Below, piece after piece: positions 19,034 through 29,759 of a DNA stretch of 41,795 bases; positions within the stretch are counted from its first letter, which is position 1; each line of letters opens with the position of its first letter. Source of the stretch: Clostridia bacterium (GTDB taxonomy: Bacteria > Bacillota > Clostridia > Oscillospirales > CAG-272); the NCBI GenBank assembly GCA_017625915.1, contig JAGAJV010000191.1:1-41795 (forward strand), written 5' to 3'. Position numbers and translations under genes: made by a program. The notes under the pieces were generated by a model. That model saw only the letters and a list, made by a program, of their open reading frames with translations, was not told the origin of the DNA and ran no database searches.

Positions 19034-20308
19034 ATGAAAAAATTTATTATTTTTACAATTATTTGTGCTTGCATTTTGTGTATCGGGATTTCAGCAAGTG
19101 ATAAAATATCCCCTGCCATTGATGTAATTGCAACAGAAAATGAAATGATTAAAACAGGAATTTTACAAAATGGAGAAATTGTATTTGATACATATGATTT
19201 TGACACATCTTTAGGTGCTAATGTAAAATCTATTACTATATGTAGCTTGCCTAGTGAGACTGAGGGCAGATTAATGCTAGGAAATTTATATGTGGTGGAG
19301 AATCAAGTTATTTTTAGAGAGGATTTTTCACTTTTAAAATTTGTTTCAGCAAATACAGAGGAATCAGCATCAGTTTTTTATTTTGAACCAAATAATAGTG
19401 GTTATGAAATCGCGTGCTCGTTAAAGACCACAAAAAGCGTGAATTTTTCTCCTGTTGCGTCAAACGGTGATGTAATAAGCACCTGGACACAGGAAAATAT
19501 ATCAAATTACGGTACGTTATCAGGCTATGACCCTGACGGTGACGAATTAAAATTTGAAATTGTAAATTATCCTAAAAAGGGACTTGTGACATTAACAAAC
19601 ACTACAACAGGGGATTACAAATATACTCCATATCTAGATGCTAAGGGCACAGATGCTTTTTCGTATAGAGTTATGGACAGCTACGGTAATTATTCAGAAA
19701 CCTGCACCGTAAGCATAAAAATTGATAAGCTAAGAGTTAGTCTTGTTTTTAACGATATAGAAAATGACAAATATTTAAACGCAGTATTAGTTATGAAGGA
19801 ATTTGATATTATGGAATGTACAGAAAATAAAGATGGCTCATTTTCCTTTAACCCAAATGAAATTGTAACAAAAGAAGAATTTGTATATTTAGTTATGCTT
19901 ACAATGGGTGCAAAAAATGTACCTACCCTTGATGTTACCAGATTTGCAGATAACGACGATATAGCTCCTGAATATAGAGGCTATATTGAGGCGGCAATAT
20001 CTTTAGGCATAATTACAGGCACAAACGAGGCTGACGGACTACATTTTAATCCTAAAAAAGAAATCGCAACAGCAGAGGCGGCTGTAATAATAAATAAAAT
20101 CATTGGTGCAAAAGCAACAAATGATGCAAAAGCCTTTTCTGACGAAAAAGATATACCAAGCTATGCAAAGGAAGCATTAAATGCGCTAAATAGTATTGGA
20201 ATTATAGCCACAGAAAACGGTAAAATCAATCCAAATTCTCCTCTTTCTCGCTCACAAACCGCACAAATTTTAATGTCACTGTTACAGTATAGAGGAAAAC
20301 TAAATTAA
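19034..20308 (+). CDS. Secreted S-layer homology (SLH) protein with a cadherin-like/Ig (Big_9-like) domain
   Basis: Signal peptide; GYDPDGDEL...YKYTP...GTDAFSYRV; three SLH-like repeats (FNPNEIVTKEEF, FNPKKEIATAEA, INPNSPLSRSQT). Confidence 0.85.
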   Translation: MKKFIIFTIICACILCIGISASDKISPAIDVIATENEMIKTGILQNGEIVFDTYDFDTSLGANVKSITICSLPSETEGRLMLGNLYVVENQVIFREDFSLLKFVSANTEESASVFYFEPNNSGYEIACSLKTTKSVNFSPVASNGDVISTWTQENISNYGTLSGYDPDGDELKFEIVNYPKKGLVTLTNTTTGDYKYTPYLDAKGTDAFSYRVMDSYGNYSETCTVSIKIDKLRVSLVFNDIENDKYLNAVLVMKEFDIMECTENKDGSFSFNPNEIVTKEEFVYLVMLTMGAKNVPTLDVTRFADNDDIAPEYRGYIEAAISLGIITGTNEADGLHFNPKKEIATAEAAVIINKIIGAKATNDAKAFSDEKDIPSYAKEALNALNSIGIIATENGKINPNSPLSRSQTAQILMSLLQYRGKLN

Positions 20309-20309
20309 C

Positions 20310-20338
20310 AAAAAATCTCACCCCACGGTGAGATTTTT
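20310..20338. terminator. Bidirectional terminator
   Basis: AAAAATCTCACC-CCAC-GGTGAGATTTTT between convergent genes. Confidence 0.85.
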
Positions 20339-20360
20339 ATTGTTTTATTGATACAGGGTG

Positions 20361-22109
20361 CTATTTTTGTTGCATTTCCTTTATGCGTTTTTCGTCGGGT
20401 GTGACATATGCAGTCCAGTTAACATGATAGATTACATATCCAGGCTTTGAGCCGGTAGGCTTTTTTACATGCCTTGCGTTTGTATAGTCAACTGCTATAT
20501 TGTTGCCCTCAGCTTTTGAATAATAAGCTGCAATTTCGGCAGCCTCGGTAAAGTCCTTTGCGTCAGGCTCTTCGCCGTGGGCTTGTAAAAGCACATGAGA
20601 GCCAGGAAGATTTTTGACATGGAACCACCAATCGGATTTTTCCGCAAGCTTGGTTGTAATGTAATCGTTTTGTATATTATTCTTGCCACAGAGCACGGTA
20701 TAGCCACTGCTTGTTTTGAATTTAAGCGGTTGAGGCGAACCTTGCTTTGACTGAACATAATTTTTCATTTTTGAGGCATAGCCACTGTGAAAAAGCTCGT
20801 CACGTATCTGTAAAAGGTCACTTTCCTTCTCTGCCTTGGTTAATGATTCAAATACGGTTGAGATATATTCTAGCTCATTTTTTGCAATTTCGATTTGCTT
20901 TGCAAGCTCTGTTTTTGCTTTTTTAAGCTTATTATACCTTTTGTAGTATTTTTGCGCGTTTTGAGACGGGGACAGCTTTTCGTCAAGTGGAATATCTATC
21001 ATTGGGCATTCATCATCATAATAGTTAATAACCTTAGCGCTTAAAACTCCTTTTTTAATCATATGAAGGTTGGCGGTGATAAGGTCTGCCATTATGCGAT
21101 ACTTATCCGCTTCCTCGCATTGCTCAATTTCCTCGGTTTGTAATGAGATTTTTTTAGTAATTCTTGATTCTGCGTTAATTAATAGTCTTAAAATATCGCT
21201 TGATTTTTGCTTAATTCTTTCGTTTTGACCCTTTTTTGAGTAGTAGGCATCAATTAGCCTTGAAAAGCTTTCGTATTCAATGCTTTTGTATTTACTACCT
21301 AAATATTCTAAAGGGAAATATGAAAACTCAAATTGATTTCCCTGCTCATCTACAATTAAATATGGCTTCAAATCCATATTGCGCATTTTCTCTGTAAAAT
21401 CTAAAAAAGTGTCACAGAGTATCTGTTTTTTAACTTCAAAAAGCTGCGCGTCGTGAGATTTTGACACCGTGTAGGTTAGCTGTCTTGCAGTTGATGGGGC
21501 TATTCCAAGAAAATTAGATGTGATAAATTTATCGCATTTCATTTCCCTTGATGCTTCATTGAATTTTCCTTCAAATTGCTCTTTAGTTACATTTATTGTA
21601 TCTAATTTATCTTGCTTTGGCGGAAGCTCATATTTCATTCCAATAAGCAGTTGTCTTTTATCGCTAGTTGTAAAATCGACCGCTTTTAAGAGTGCAAGTA
21701 TTTTATAATCTGCATCGGTTAAAATTATGTTACTGTATTTTCCCATAATTTCACAAATTAAATACTTCTTTACTCTAAAGCCCATTTCGTCGTATGCATC
21801 AAATTCGAGCTGACACACTCTTTCATAACCCAAGCACCTTGCATCTGTCATTTTACCGCCACTAATATGCTTTCTAAGCAGCATACATAGCATTGGTGCC
21901 TTTTGCGGATTTTCCGTTTGTGCCTCGGTTATATTTATTCTCGGATAATTTGAGCCTGCATTTATAAGTAGCTTAACGTTTCTTTTTAATGAATGTAGCA
22001 TTAATACGATTTCGTCGTTTGAGGGCTGATATACCTTTTCTATTTTACATTCGCCTAGCTCTTTAATTTCATTCACAACTAAGCGAAGCATTCCTGCATC
22101 AAATGCCAT
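20361..22109 (-). CDS. rqcH: NFACT family ribosome quality control protein (RqcH/FbpA)
   Basis: MAFDAG, KIEKVYQP, EIMGKYSNIIL, NAQKYYKRYNK, GKNNIQND, WFHVKNLPGSHV. Confidence 0.93.
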   Translation of the reverse strand: MAFDAGMLRLVVNEIKELGECKIEKVYQPSNDEIVLMLHSLKRNVKLLINAGSNYPRINITEAQTENPQKAPMLCMLLRKHISGGKMTDARCLGYERVCQLEFDAYDEMGFRVKKYLICEIMGKYSNIILTDADYKILALLKAVDFTTSDKRQLLIGMKYELPPKQDKLDTINVTKEQFEGKFNEASREMKCDKFITSNFLGIAPSTARQLTYTVSKSHDAQLFEVKKQILCDTFLDFTEKMRNMDLKPYLIVDEQGNQFEFSYFPLEYLGSKYKSIEYESFSRLIDAYYSKKGQNERIKQKSSDILRLLINAESRITKKISLQTEEIEQCEEADKYRIMADLITANLHMIKKGVLSAKVINYYDDECPMIDIPLDEKLSPSQNAQKYYKRYNKLKKAKTELAKQIEIAKNELEYISTVFESLTKAEKESDLLQIRDELFHSGYASKMKNYVQSKQGSPQPLKFKTSSGYTVLCGKNNIQNDYITTKLAEKSDWWFHVKNLPGSHVLLQAHGEEPDAKDFTEAAEIAAYYSKAEGNNIAVDYTNARHVKKPTGSKPGYVIYHVNWTAYVTPDEKRIKEMQQK

Positions 22110-22141
22110 TATTTGTCTCCTTGCTTCTAATACTAGCTTAT

Positions 22142-22228
22142 ATTTTACACCATTTTCCCATTTAAGTCAAATATTTTCTTATATTTTTTAAAATAACTAT
22201 AGAAAAATTTTATATTTTATGTTATACT
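22142..22228. promoter_or_regulatory. Divergent SigA promoters of rqcH and lon
   Basis: Minus: TTGACT (22170-22165)-17 bp-TAAAAT. Plus: TAGAAA (22200)-17 bp-TATACT (22223-22228) with TG. Confidence 0.6.
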
Positions 22229-22314
22229 GTATTCTAGCAATCTTATAGGCAGGCTTAAATAACCCTAAAGACTGTCTTACATGCGAATACTTATGATTGC
22301 TGAAAGGATACCTA

Positions 22315-24690
22315 ATGATAAAATATAATGAATTTGGCGAGCATATGACTTTACCTTTGATCCCTCTTACGGGAGTTGTGTTCGCTTACCCAAAAATTTC
22401 TATTACTATTGACGCTTTAACTCCAGCAGTAAAGGCTGCTATAGAATCCAGCGAGAAAAGCGGTTCGCCTGTTTTTTTAGCTACTCAAAAAAATCCATTT
22501 GAAGTTAAAATTGACACAAAAAATCTTTATGAGGTGGGCACTGTAGCCAGAATTAAGCAAATAACAAGACGAAATGGTACTTTGTCTGTTACCTTAGATA
22601 ACATTTGCAGAGCAATTACAATTAATGTCTTTGCAGTAAGTGGCTATTATATGTGTGATGTTCGCACAAGACTACTTGAAATTGAAGGCTACAGTGACGA
22701 AGAAGGAATCGCACTACTAAATGTTTTAAAGGAAAAGGCTAAGGAAACTGTATCTATTTTCTCCTCTCCTTCAAAGGATTTAATTAAGGAAATTGACAAG
22801 GCTCAGGACATTAGCTTTTTATCCGACCTTGTTGGCGCTACCGTTTTAACTGACTCAAACGATAAATATGCTCTACTCGAGGAATTTGACGAATATAAGC
22901 GTGCCGAGCTTGCAATATCTCTTATGGAAAAGGAGATAATGCTAATTAAGCTGGAAACCTCCATTAAGAAAAAGGCAGCAAGAAGCATTGAGGAGCATCA
23001 AAAGGAATATTTCCTTCGAGAACAGATGAAGGCAATTCAAGCCGAGCTTGGTGGTGACTCACAAAGCGAGGCCGAGGAGCTTTACGAACAGATTAAATCA
23101 AAGCATTTTCCTAAAAAGGTTGAGGATAAGCTACTTAAGGAGCTTATTAAATTTAACAAAGCACCGTTTGGCTCTCCTGAAAGCGCAGTTTTGCGTACAT
23201 ATCTTGAAACCTGTCTTGAAATTCCTTTTGAAAAATATTCTAAGGATGAGACAAGCGTTGCAAACGCTAGAAAAATTCTTGAAAGAGACCACTATGGGCT
23301 TGAAAAGGTTAAGGAAAGAATACTTGAATTTATTGCCGTTAAGGAAATGAATCCTGATATTAAAAATCAAATTATTTGTCTTGTTGGTCCTCCCGGTGTT
23401 GGTAAAACATCCCTATGCTCTTCTATCGCAACTGCACTTAAGAGAAAATATGTTCGTGTATCTCTTGGTGGTGTGCGTGACGAATCTGATATAAGAGGTC
23501 ACAGAAAAACCTATGTTGCGGCTATGCCCGGCAGAATTATTAATGCATTAATCGAGTGCAAGACATCTAATCCACTAATGGTTCTTGACGAAATTGATAA
23601 AATGACATCCGATTCTCGTGGCGACCCTGCATCTGCTATGCTTGAGGTGCTTGACGGCGAGCAAAACAAGACCTTTAGAGACCATTTTGTTGAAATGGAG
23701 GTTGATTTATCCCGTTGTATGTTTATTGCAACGGCTAACTCACTTGACAGTATTCCTGCACCATTAATTGACAGAATGGAAATTATTGAGCTTTCTTCCT
23801 ATACAAGAATAGAAAAATTCTTTATTGCTAAAAATCATTTGATTACTAAGCAATTAAAGCGTCACGGTTTAAATAAGCGTATGCTTAAAATTTCTGACGA
23901 TGCTATTTATGCTTTAATTGATTCATATACTGCCGAGGCCGGAGTTCGTAATCTCGAAAGAGAGATTGCTTCTCTATGCAGAAAGGCTGCTAAGGATATT
24001 ATTGAAAAGGGCATTAAATCCGTTTCAATTACAGGTGATAATATCGAAAAATATCTTGGCACAAAAAAATACGAGGCAGAAAAAATCGATGATGAAAATC
24101 AAGTAGGTGTTGTAAACGGAATGGCTTACACATCTATTGGTGGTGACCTATTAAAAATTGAGGCTACCATTATGAAGGGAACAGGAAAGCTACAGCTTAC
24201 AGGTAAGCTTGGGGAGGTTATGCGTGAAAGCTGTGAAATTGCAGTAAGCGTTATTCGCCAAAATGCAGAAAAGCTAGGTATTGACCCTGATTTCTATTCG
24301 AAATACGATATTCACATTCACGCACCAGAGGGAGCTGTGCCAAAGGACGGTCCTAGTGCGGGTATTACTATTACTACTGCTCTTGCTAGTGTTCTAACGG
24401 GCAGAAGCGTGCGTCGTGATGTGTCTATGACCGGTGAAATTACATTAAGAGGTAAGGTTTTACCTATTGGCGGTCTTAAGGAAAAAACTCTTGCTGCGTA
24501 TAGTGCAGGAGTTAAGAATATAATTATCCCCAGAAAAAATGTAAAGGACCTTGATAACATTGATAAAGCTGTTCGTGAGAATGTTAATTTTATTCCTTGC
24601 GATAATATTTTTGATGTGTTTAATAGCGCCTTTGCCGACGAGGAAATTATTGCAATAATACAACAATACACAGGAAGCTATAACAAATGA
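22315..24690 (+). CDS. lon: ATP-dependent Lon protease
   Basis: DHYGLEKVKERI, Walker A GPPGVGKT, LDEIDK, PKDGPSAG; ATG 22315 follows AAAGGA. Confidence 0.97.
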   Translation: MIKYNEFGEHMTLPLIPLTGVVFAYPKISITIDALTPAVKAAIESSEKSGSPVFLATQKNPFEVKIDTKNLYEVGTVARIKQITRRNGTLSVTLDNICRAITINVFAVSGYYMCDVRTRLLEIEGYSDEEGIALLNVLKEKAKETVSIFSSPSKDLIKEIDKAQDISFLSDLVGATVLTDSNDKYALLEEFDEYKRAELAISLMEKEIMLIKLETSIKKKAARSIEEHQKEYFLREQMKAIQAELGGDSQSEAEELYEQIKSKHFPKKVEDKLLKELIKFNKAPFGSPESAVLRTYLETCLEIPFEKYSKDETSVANARKILERDHYGLEKVKERILEFIAVKEMNPDIKNQIICLVGPPGVGKTSLCSSIATALKRKYVRVSLGGVRDESDIRGHRKTYVAAMPGRIINALIECKTSNPLMVLDEIDKMTSDSRGDPASAMLEVLDGEQNKTFRDHFVEMEVDLSRCMFIATANSLDSIPAPLIDRMEIIELSSYTRIEKFFIAKNHLITKQLKRHGLNKRMLKISDDAIYALIDSYTAEAGVRNLEREIASLCRKAAKDIIEKGIKSVSITGDNIEKYLGTKKYEAEKIDDENQVGVVNGMAYTSIGGDLLKIEATIMKGTGKLQLTGKLGEVMRESCEIAVSVIRQNAEKLGIDPDFYSKYDIHIHAPEGAVPKDGPSAGITITTALASVLTGRSVRRDVSMTGEITLRGKVLPIGGLKEKTLAAYSAGVKNIIIPRKNVKDLDNIDKAVRENVNFIPCDNIFDVFNSAFADEEIIAIIQQYTGSYNK

Positions 24691-25289
24691 AAATAAACAC
24701 AAACAATGTTTCTTTAAAGATTAGTGCCGGTGAGCCCAGACAATTCCCTAGAAGTCCTTTGCCACAAATTGCGTTTTCCGGTAGATCTAATGTTGGTAAG
24801 AGCTCTCTTATTAATACATTACTAAACAGAAAATCTATGGCGAGGGTTTCCTCTGCTCCCGGTAAGACTATAACCGTCAATTTTTACGATATTGATTCAA
24901 AGCTGTTTTTGGTCGACTTGCCCGGTTATGGATATGCTAAGCGTACTAAGGTTGACCAAATTAAGTGGTCCAATCTTGTTGACGGTTATTTTACAAAAAA
25001 TCAAAATATTGATTTACTGAAGCTTGTTGTTCAGCTAGTGGACTCTAGAATTGGCTTGACTAATGATGATATTGATATGATTACATTTATGAATCAAGCT
25101 GATATTCCATATATTATAGTTGCTACTAAAACCGACAAGCTTAATAAAACCGAGAGAGAAAAATCTGTTACCTCTCTTATTACTAATCCTATATTGCGAC
25201 AAGGCACACATATTATTATGTTCTCCTCTGAAAGTAAAGAGGGTAAAAGCGATGTGTGGGATGCAATTTTAGATTTCGCAGAGAATTAA
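24687..25289 (+). CDS. engB: Ribosome biogenesis GTPase YsxC/EngB
   Basis: GRSNVGKSS, PGKT, DLPGYG, TKTDK; overlaps the lon stop. Confidence 0.96.
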   Translation: MKINTNNVSLKISAGEPRQFPRSPLPQIAFSGRSNVGKSSLINTLLNRKSMARVSSAPGKTITVNFYDIDSKLFLVDLPGYGYAKRTKVDQIKWSNLVDGYFTKNQNIDLLKLVVQLVDSRIGLTNDDIDMITFMNQADIPYIIVATKTDKLNKTEREKSVTSLITNPILRQGTHIIMFSSESKEGKSDVWDAILDFAEN

Positions 25290-25326
25290 ACCACTTCTAT
25301 GTATTCTCTGCTATTTAGGAGAAAAA

Positions 25327-25983
25327 ATGGAAGATTTATTTATTAAGTTTTTTGATTTACTCATAACAATACCTACAGTACTTATTGCACTTACCTTTCA
25401 CGAATGCGCACACGGCTTTGTTGCATATAAGCTTGGTGATCCTACTGCAAAGTATATGGGTAGGCTTTCATTAAATCCGTTAAAGCATCTTGATCCTATA
25501 GGTGCTCTATGTATGGTGCTATGTGGATTTGGTTGGGCAAAGCCTGTGCCTGTTGATATGAGGCAATTTAAAAACCCGAAGAGTGGAATGGCGCTTTGCG
25601 CTCTTGCGGGACCGCTTACAAATCTTATTTTAGGCTTTATAGGTGCGTTTTTGTATTGGCTGATAGTTTTAATTTTTCCAAGTATTGTTTATAATTGGAA
25701 TATCTTATCTTTATTGTCCATATTTGGAGTATTAAATATCTATCTTGCTATTTTCAATCTGATTCCGTTACCGCCTTTTGATGGCTCAAGAATTTTGTCA
25801 GCATTTTTACCAGACAAATATTACATCAAGCTTATGCAATATGAAAGATATATTGCTCTTGGCTTCTTTTTAGTGCTACTTGCTGACGACCGTTTTCTTG
25901 GTGGACATATTACGGGAGCTTTAGCCACTGTTGTTTATTGGATATTTAACGGATTTTTATCATTTTTTAATTTATTTGTGTGA
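25327..25983 (+). CDS. Site-2 protease (M50) family intramembrane metalloprotease
   Basis: HECAH, GRLSLNPLKHLDP, AGPLTN, FNLIPLPPFDG. Confidence 0.93.
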   Translation: MEDLFIKFFDLLITIPTVLIALTFHECAHGFVAYKLGDPTAKYMGRLSLNPLKHLDPIGALCMVLCGFGWAKPVPVDMRQFKNPKSGMALCALAGPLTNLILGFIGAFLYWLIVLIFPSIVYNWNILSLLSIFGVLNIYLAIFNLIPLPPFDGSRILSAFLPDKYYIKLMQYERYIALGFFLVLLADDRFLGGHITGALATVVYWIFNGFLSFFNLFV

Positions 25984-25990
25984 GGCATAA

Positions 25991-26776
25991 ATGGAAGAAC
26001 AGTTAATGTATAAGCTGGAGCTTTTTGAGGGCCCTCTTGATTTGCTCCTTAATCTAATTTCAAAAAATAAAATGAACATTGAGGATATTCAAATCGCTAT
26101 TATCTGCGATCAATATATGGAATATCTTGCCAATGCAGAAAAAATGAATATTGACTTATCGGCTGACTTCCTTGTTATGGCGTCGCAGCTTATGCTTATT
26201 AAGAGTAGAACGCTTTTACCTAGAGCGCAGGAGGACGAGGAGGACCCAGCTGAAGAGCTTGCCCGTATGCTTCTTGAATATAAGCATGCTAAGGAAGCGT
26301 CTCAAAAGCTTGGAGATTTATTCTCACAGTTTAACGGCAGAATGCAAAAGGATACTGATGAAATAGCACCTGACCGTACATATGTGGCTGAGCACGATGT
26401 TTACTTATTACAATCGGCTTTATTAAGAGTTATGAGCTCTATTGAGGTGACAGACGAGGAAGCAAGCGAAAGAATTAAGCCACTTATTAGCACAAGAACT
26501 GTTTCGGTAGGTGAAAGAGTTTACTCTATTTTGCGTATTTTCTTAACTGAAGGGCATAAGCTAAATGTTTTAAGGTGCTTTAAGGATGTTTACACAAAGC
26601 ACGAGGCAGTTGCTACCTTTATGGCTATTTTAGAGCTTTTAAGGGCGGGCAGAGTTACTCTTGAGGAAAACACCGAGGATTACGAGGTTGACGGCGTAAT
26701 CGTTCTTGAAAAGGGCGTATATTTGAATTTATTTACCGGCAAAATAAGAAATCAAGCTGAGGAAAACAATGGATAA
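25991..26776 (+). CDS. scpA: Segregation and condensation protein A
   Basis: FEGPLDLLL, FLVMASQL..IKSRTLLP, TFMAILEL. Confidence 0.95.
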   Translation: MEEQLMYKLELFEGPLDLLLNLISKNKMNIEDIQIAIICDQYMEYLANAEKMNIDLSADFLVMASQLMLIKSRTLLPRAQEDEEDPAEELARMLLEYKHAKEASQKLGDLFSQFNGRMQKDTDEIAPDRTYVAEHDVYLLQSALLRVMSSIEVTDEEASERIKPLISTRTVSVGERVYSILRIFLTEGHKLNVLRCFKDVYTKHEAVATFMAILELLRAGRVTLEENTEDYEVDGVIVLEKGVYLNLFTGKIRNQAEENNG

Positions 26777-27542
26777 CGAAAATAGATTTTCAACTGATAT
26801 AGACTACAAGGATATGGAAAGCGCAATAGAGGCAATTCTGTTTGCTGCCGGACATCCTATTGAATATGCTAAGCTTGCCGAGGTTTTGGGCATTGGTGAG
26901 GGACAAGCAAAAAGAAGAGTAAAGAATTTTGCTGAAAAATATAACGCTGACGAGAAAAAGGGTATTATGCTTCTTGTTTTTGAAAATACCTGTCAGTTAT
27001 GCACTAAGGAAAAATATTTACCATACATAAAGGATGCTTTAGGAATTAAAAAGGGTGGTAATCTTTCTGCATCATCACTTGAGGTTTTGGCAATAATTGC
27101 ATATAATGAGCCAACAACAAGAGCATTTGTCGACAAGGTAAGAAAGGTTGACAGTGCTTATGTGGTTAATTCTCTATGTGAGAAAAATTTAATTGAAGCG
27201 TGTGGACGACTTGACGAGCCCGGCAGACCTCATATTTACAGGACAACCGAAACATTTTTAAGATGCTTCGGTATTGATTCTCTTGAGCAGTTACCTTATG
27301 TTGATTTACCCCGTGGCAAAAACGAGGGCGAAATTATTCCTCTTGATATTGATGTTCCCACTCCTAATGAGGATGTGGAGGACGAGGAAATCGGCGAGGA
27401 TACCGCAGTTAGCGTCGAAAATGCTGACTCAACTAATGATGAAAACAATTTTATTAATCCTGACGAGGACGAAAACGATTTAATCGATCCTAGCGAAGAG
27501 GATGATTTAATTGACCCTGATGAAGAGGACGACGAAGATTAA
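26769..27542 (+). CDS. scpB: Segregation and condensation protein B with acidic tail
   Basis: IEAILFAAG, LEVLAIIAYNEP, GRPHIYRTT..FL..FG. Confidence 0.95.
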   Translation: MDNENRFSTDIDYKDMESAIEAILFAAGHPIEYAKLAEVLGIGEGQAKRRVKNFAEKYNADEKKGIMLLVFENTCQLCTKEKYLPYIKDALGIKKGGNLSASSLEVLAIIAYNEPTTRAFVDKVRKVDSAYVVNSLCEKNLIEACGRLDEPGRPHIYRTTETFLRCFGIDSLEQLPYVDLPRGKNEGEIIPLDIDVPTPNEDVEDEEIGEDTAVSVENADSTNDENNFINPDEDENDLIDPSEEDDLIDPDEEDDED

Positions 27543-27565
27543 TTTTAGGAAATAGGAGGGTAATT

Positions 27566-28174
27566 TTGGTAGCTTTATATATTATTTTAGGAATTGCCCT
27601 GCTTATTTCTGTCTTATTGCTCCTTCGAGCTAAGGTTATAATTTCCTACGATGAAGTTTTACGAGTTTACTTTAGATTTGCTTTTTTCAAAATGAGACTT
27701 TTTCCTGCAAAACCAAGAAAGCAGAAAAAGAAAAAATCAAAGAAAAAGAAAACGCAAAAAACTCCTGTTCCCACTGAAAAGAAATCAGATGAGTATAAAA
27801 GGGACGACGGCGTTGTTTCTAAGCTATGGGCAATGAGAGAAATTTTACTTCACACTATTAATAAATTTCTTGGCAAGCTACATTTTAAGCTTATTAAGCT
27901 GAATATCGTTGTTGCCGGGGATAATGCAGCCTCTACCGCTCTGCTTTATGGCGCTACAACTCAAGGAGTTGCTTATTTAATTGAAATTTTGGATACAATT
28001 TCTAATGTTGATATTTCAAAAAGGTCTGAAATTTCTGTAAGAAGCGATTTTATATTGCAAAAATCCTCTTTTGAGGGAAAAATAGTTTTGTATATCAGTG
28101 TTGTTCATATTATTTATGTAGGACTGCACTTTTTAAAAAAGTTAATTAAATCCAAAATTAAGATGGAGGAATAA
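27566..28174 (+). CDS. DUF2953 / YtfI-like membrane-anchored protein
   Basis: N-terminal TM, lysine-rich linker, NAASTALLYG motif; directly upstream of ytfJ. Confidence 0.75.
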   Translation: MVALYIILGIALLISVLLLLRAKVIISYDEVLRVYFRFAFFKMRLFPAKPRKQKKKKSKKKKTQKTPVPTEKKSDEYKRDDGVVSKLWAMREILLHTINKFLGKLHFKLIKLNIVVAGDNAASTALLYGATTQGVAYLIEILDTISNVDISKRSEISVRSDFILQKSSFEGKIVLYISVVHIIYVGLHFLKKLIKSKIKMEE

Positions 28175-28177
28175 ATT

Positions 28178-28579
28178 ATGGAAACAAAACAGAGTGAGCT
28201 TATTAAATCTGCTCTTGAAAGTGTAAAAAGCATGGTTGATGCTAACACTGTAACAGGTACTCCTATCACAACTGACAGCGGTACTGTTATTATCCCTGTT
28301 TCAAAGGTTTTTGTAGGTCTTGCGACAGGTGGAATTGACTATTTTGGAAAAAAATCTGTTTCCGATAAGAATTTCGGTGGTGGCGGTGGAACAGGCGTTA
28401 CTGTTTCTCCTGTTGGCTTCCTTGTTGTTGAGCCTAATGGCAAGGTAGATTTACTTAGCCTTAACTATGAGCCTAAGGACCCTATTTCACAAATTCTTAA
28501 TTTTATTGAGGGTTCGCCTGAGCTAATTGAAAAATTCAAGGGGCTATTTGGTTCAAAAAAGGAAAATATAGAGGAATAA
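28178..28579 (+). CDS. ytfJ: Spore germination protein GerW/YtfJ
   Basis: MVDANTVTGTPI, IIPVSKV, FGGGGGTGVTVSPVGFLV. Confidence 0.92.
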   Translation: METKQSELIKSALESVKSMVDANTVTGTPITTDSGTVIIPVSKVFVGLATGGIDYFGKKSVSDKNFGGGGGTGVTVSPVGFLVVEPNGKVDLLSLNYEPKDPISQILNFIEGSPELIEKFKGLFGSKKENIEE

Positions 28580-28658
28580 GTAAATTTTATTCTTTAATTA
28601 TTGAAATGCTTCTGCACATACTAATCTTGAAATTATTATTGATTTTTCAGAGGATATT

Positions 28659-29759
28659 ATGTGCAGAATTTTTTCCTATATTATTTGTATATTTTGCTTT
28701 ACTTTAGCATTATGCCTTGGGTGCTCCGCTATTGAGGTTTCAGCCAAGAGTGCTTATGCTTTAGAGGCTGACAGCTGTGATACTATTTTTGAAAAAAACG
28801 CCGATACAAGAATGAGCATGGCCAGCACCACTAAAATAATGACAGCTATTGTTGCTATTGAAAACGCTTCATTAGATAAGGTTGTAAAAATTACACCTGA
28901 AATGGTGGGAGTTGAGGGCTCGTCTATCTATTTACAAGAGGGCGAGAAGCTAACTATTGAGGAGCTTTTATATGCTTTACTTTTAGAAAGCGCCAATGAT
29001 GCGTCCTTGGCTATTGCCTGCTCAGTCGGTGGCAGTGTTGAAGGCTTTGTTGAAATGATGAATGATAAGGCACAAGAATTAGGGCTTGAAAACACGCATT
29101 TCACAAACCCTCACGGGCTTGATGATGACGAGCATTATACCACCGCTAAGGAGCTTGCTTTGCTTGCCAGCTATGCTATGGATAATCCTATTTTTTATGA
29201 TATTGTATCGACCTATAAAAGAGTTATTCCCTTAGGCGAGGACGGCTCTAGGGTGCTAATTAATCATAATAAGCTTTTACATCAATATGACGGCGCTATT
29301 GGCGTAAAAACAGGATTTACTAAAAAAAGTGGCAGATGTCTTGTATCCTGCGCAGAGATTGACGGAGTTAGAATTATTGCAGTTACGCTAAACGCGCCCT
29401 CTGATTGGGATGACCATACAAAAATGCTTGATTTAGGCTTTACAATGTACGAGGGAATAAAGCTAGCGGATATAGGAGATTACAATATTTCACTTGATGT
29501 AATAAATGGCAAAAAAAGCTCGATTTTATGCTCTAATTTGAACGGCTTAAATATTACGCTAAAGCGTGATAATATTAATATTTCTGCTTATTTAGAAGCA
29601 AACCGAATGGTATCTGCTCCTATAAAGCAAGGTGATTATGTAGGCAGAATAGTTTTTAAAAATAACGGTGAGGAAATAGCTTCTCTTAATTTATATGCTT
29701 TAGAGAATGTTAAGGAAATTAAATATAAAAAATCTATTTTTGAAAGAATATTTGGATAA
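28659..29759 (+). CDS. dacB: D-alanyl-D-alanine carboxypeptidase (peptidase S11, DacB-like)
   Basis: Signal peptide; SxxK (ASTTK), SAN, NPHGL, KTG; context ytfJ-dacB-rluB. Confidence 0.88.
   Translation: MCRIFSYIICIFCFTLALCLGCSAIEVSAKSAYALEADSCDTIFEKNADTRMSMASTTKIMTAIVAIENASLDKVVKITPEMVGVEGSSIYLQEGEKLTIEELLYALLLESANDASLAIACSVGGSVEGFVEMMNDKAQELGLENTHFTNPHGLDDDEHYTTAKELALLASYAMDNPIFYDIVSTYKRVIPLGEDGSRVLINHNKLLHQYDGAIGVKTGFTKKSGRCLVSCAEIDGVRIIAVTLNAPSDWDDHTKMLDLGFTMYEGIKLADIGDYNISLDVINGKKSSILCSNLNGLNITLKRDNINISAYLEANRMVSAPIKQGDYVGRIVFKNNGEEIASLNLYALENVKEIKYKKSIFERIFG

Noticed and set aside
28594-28623. Sporulation-sigma promoter before dacB
   Set aside because: A CATACTA -10-like element is present but there is no convincing -35, so it was not called.
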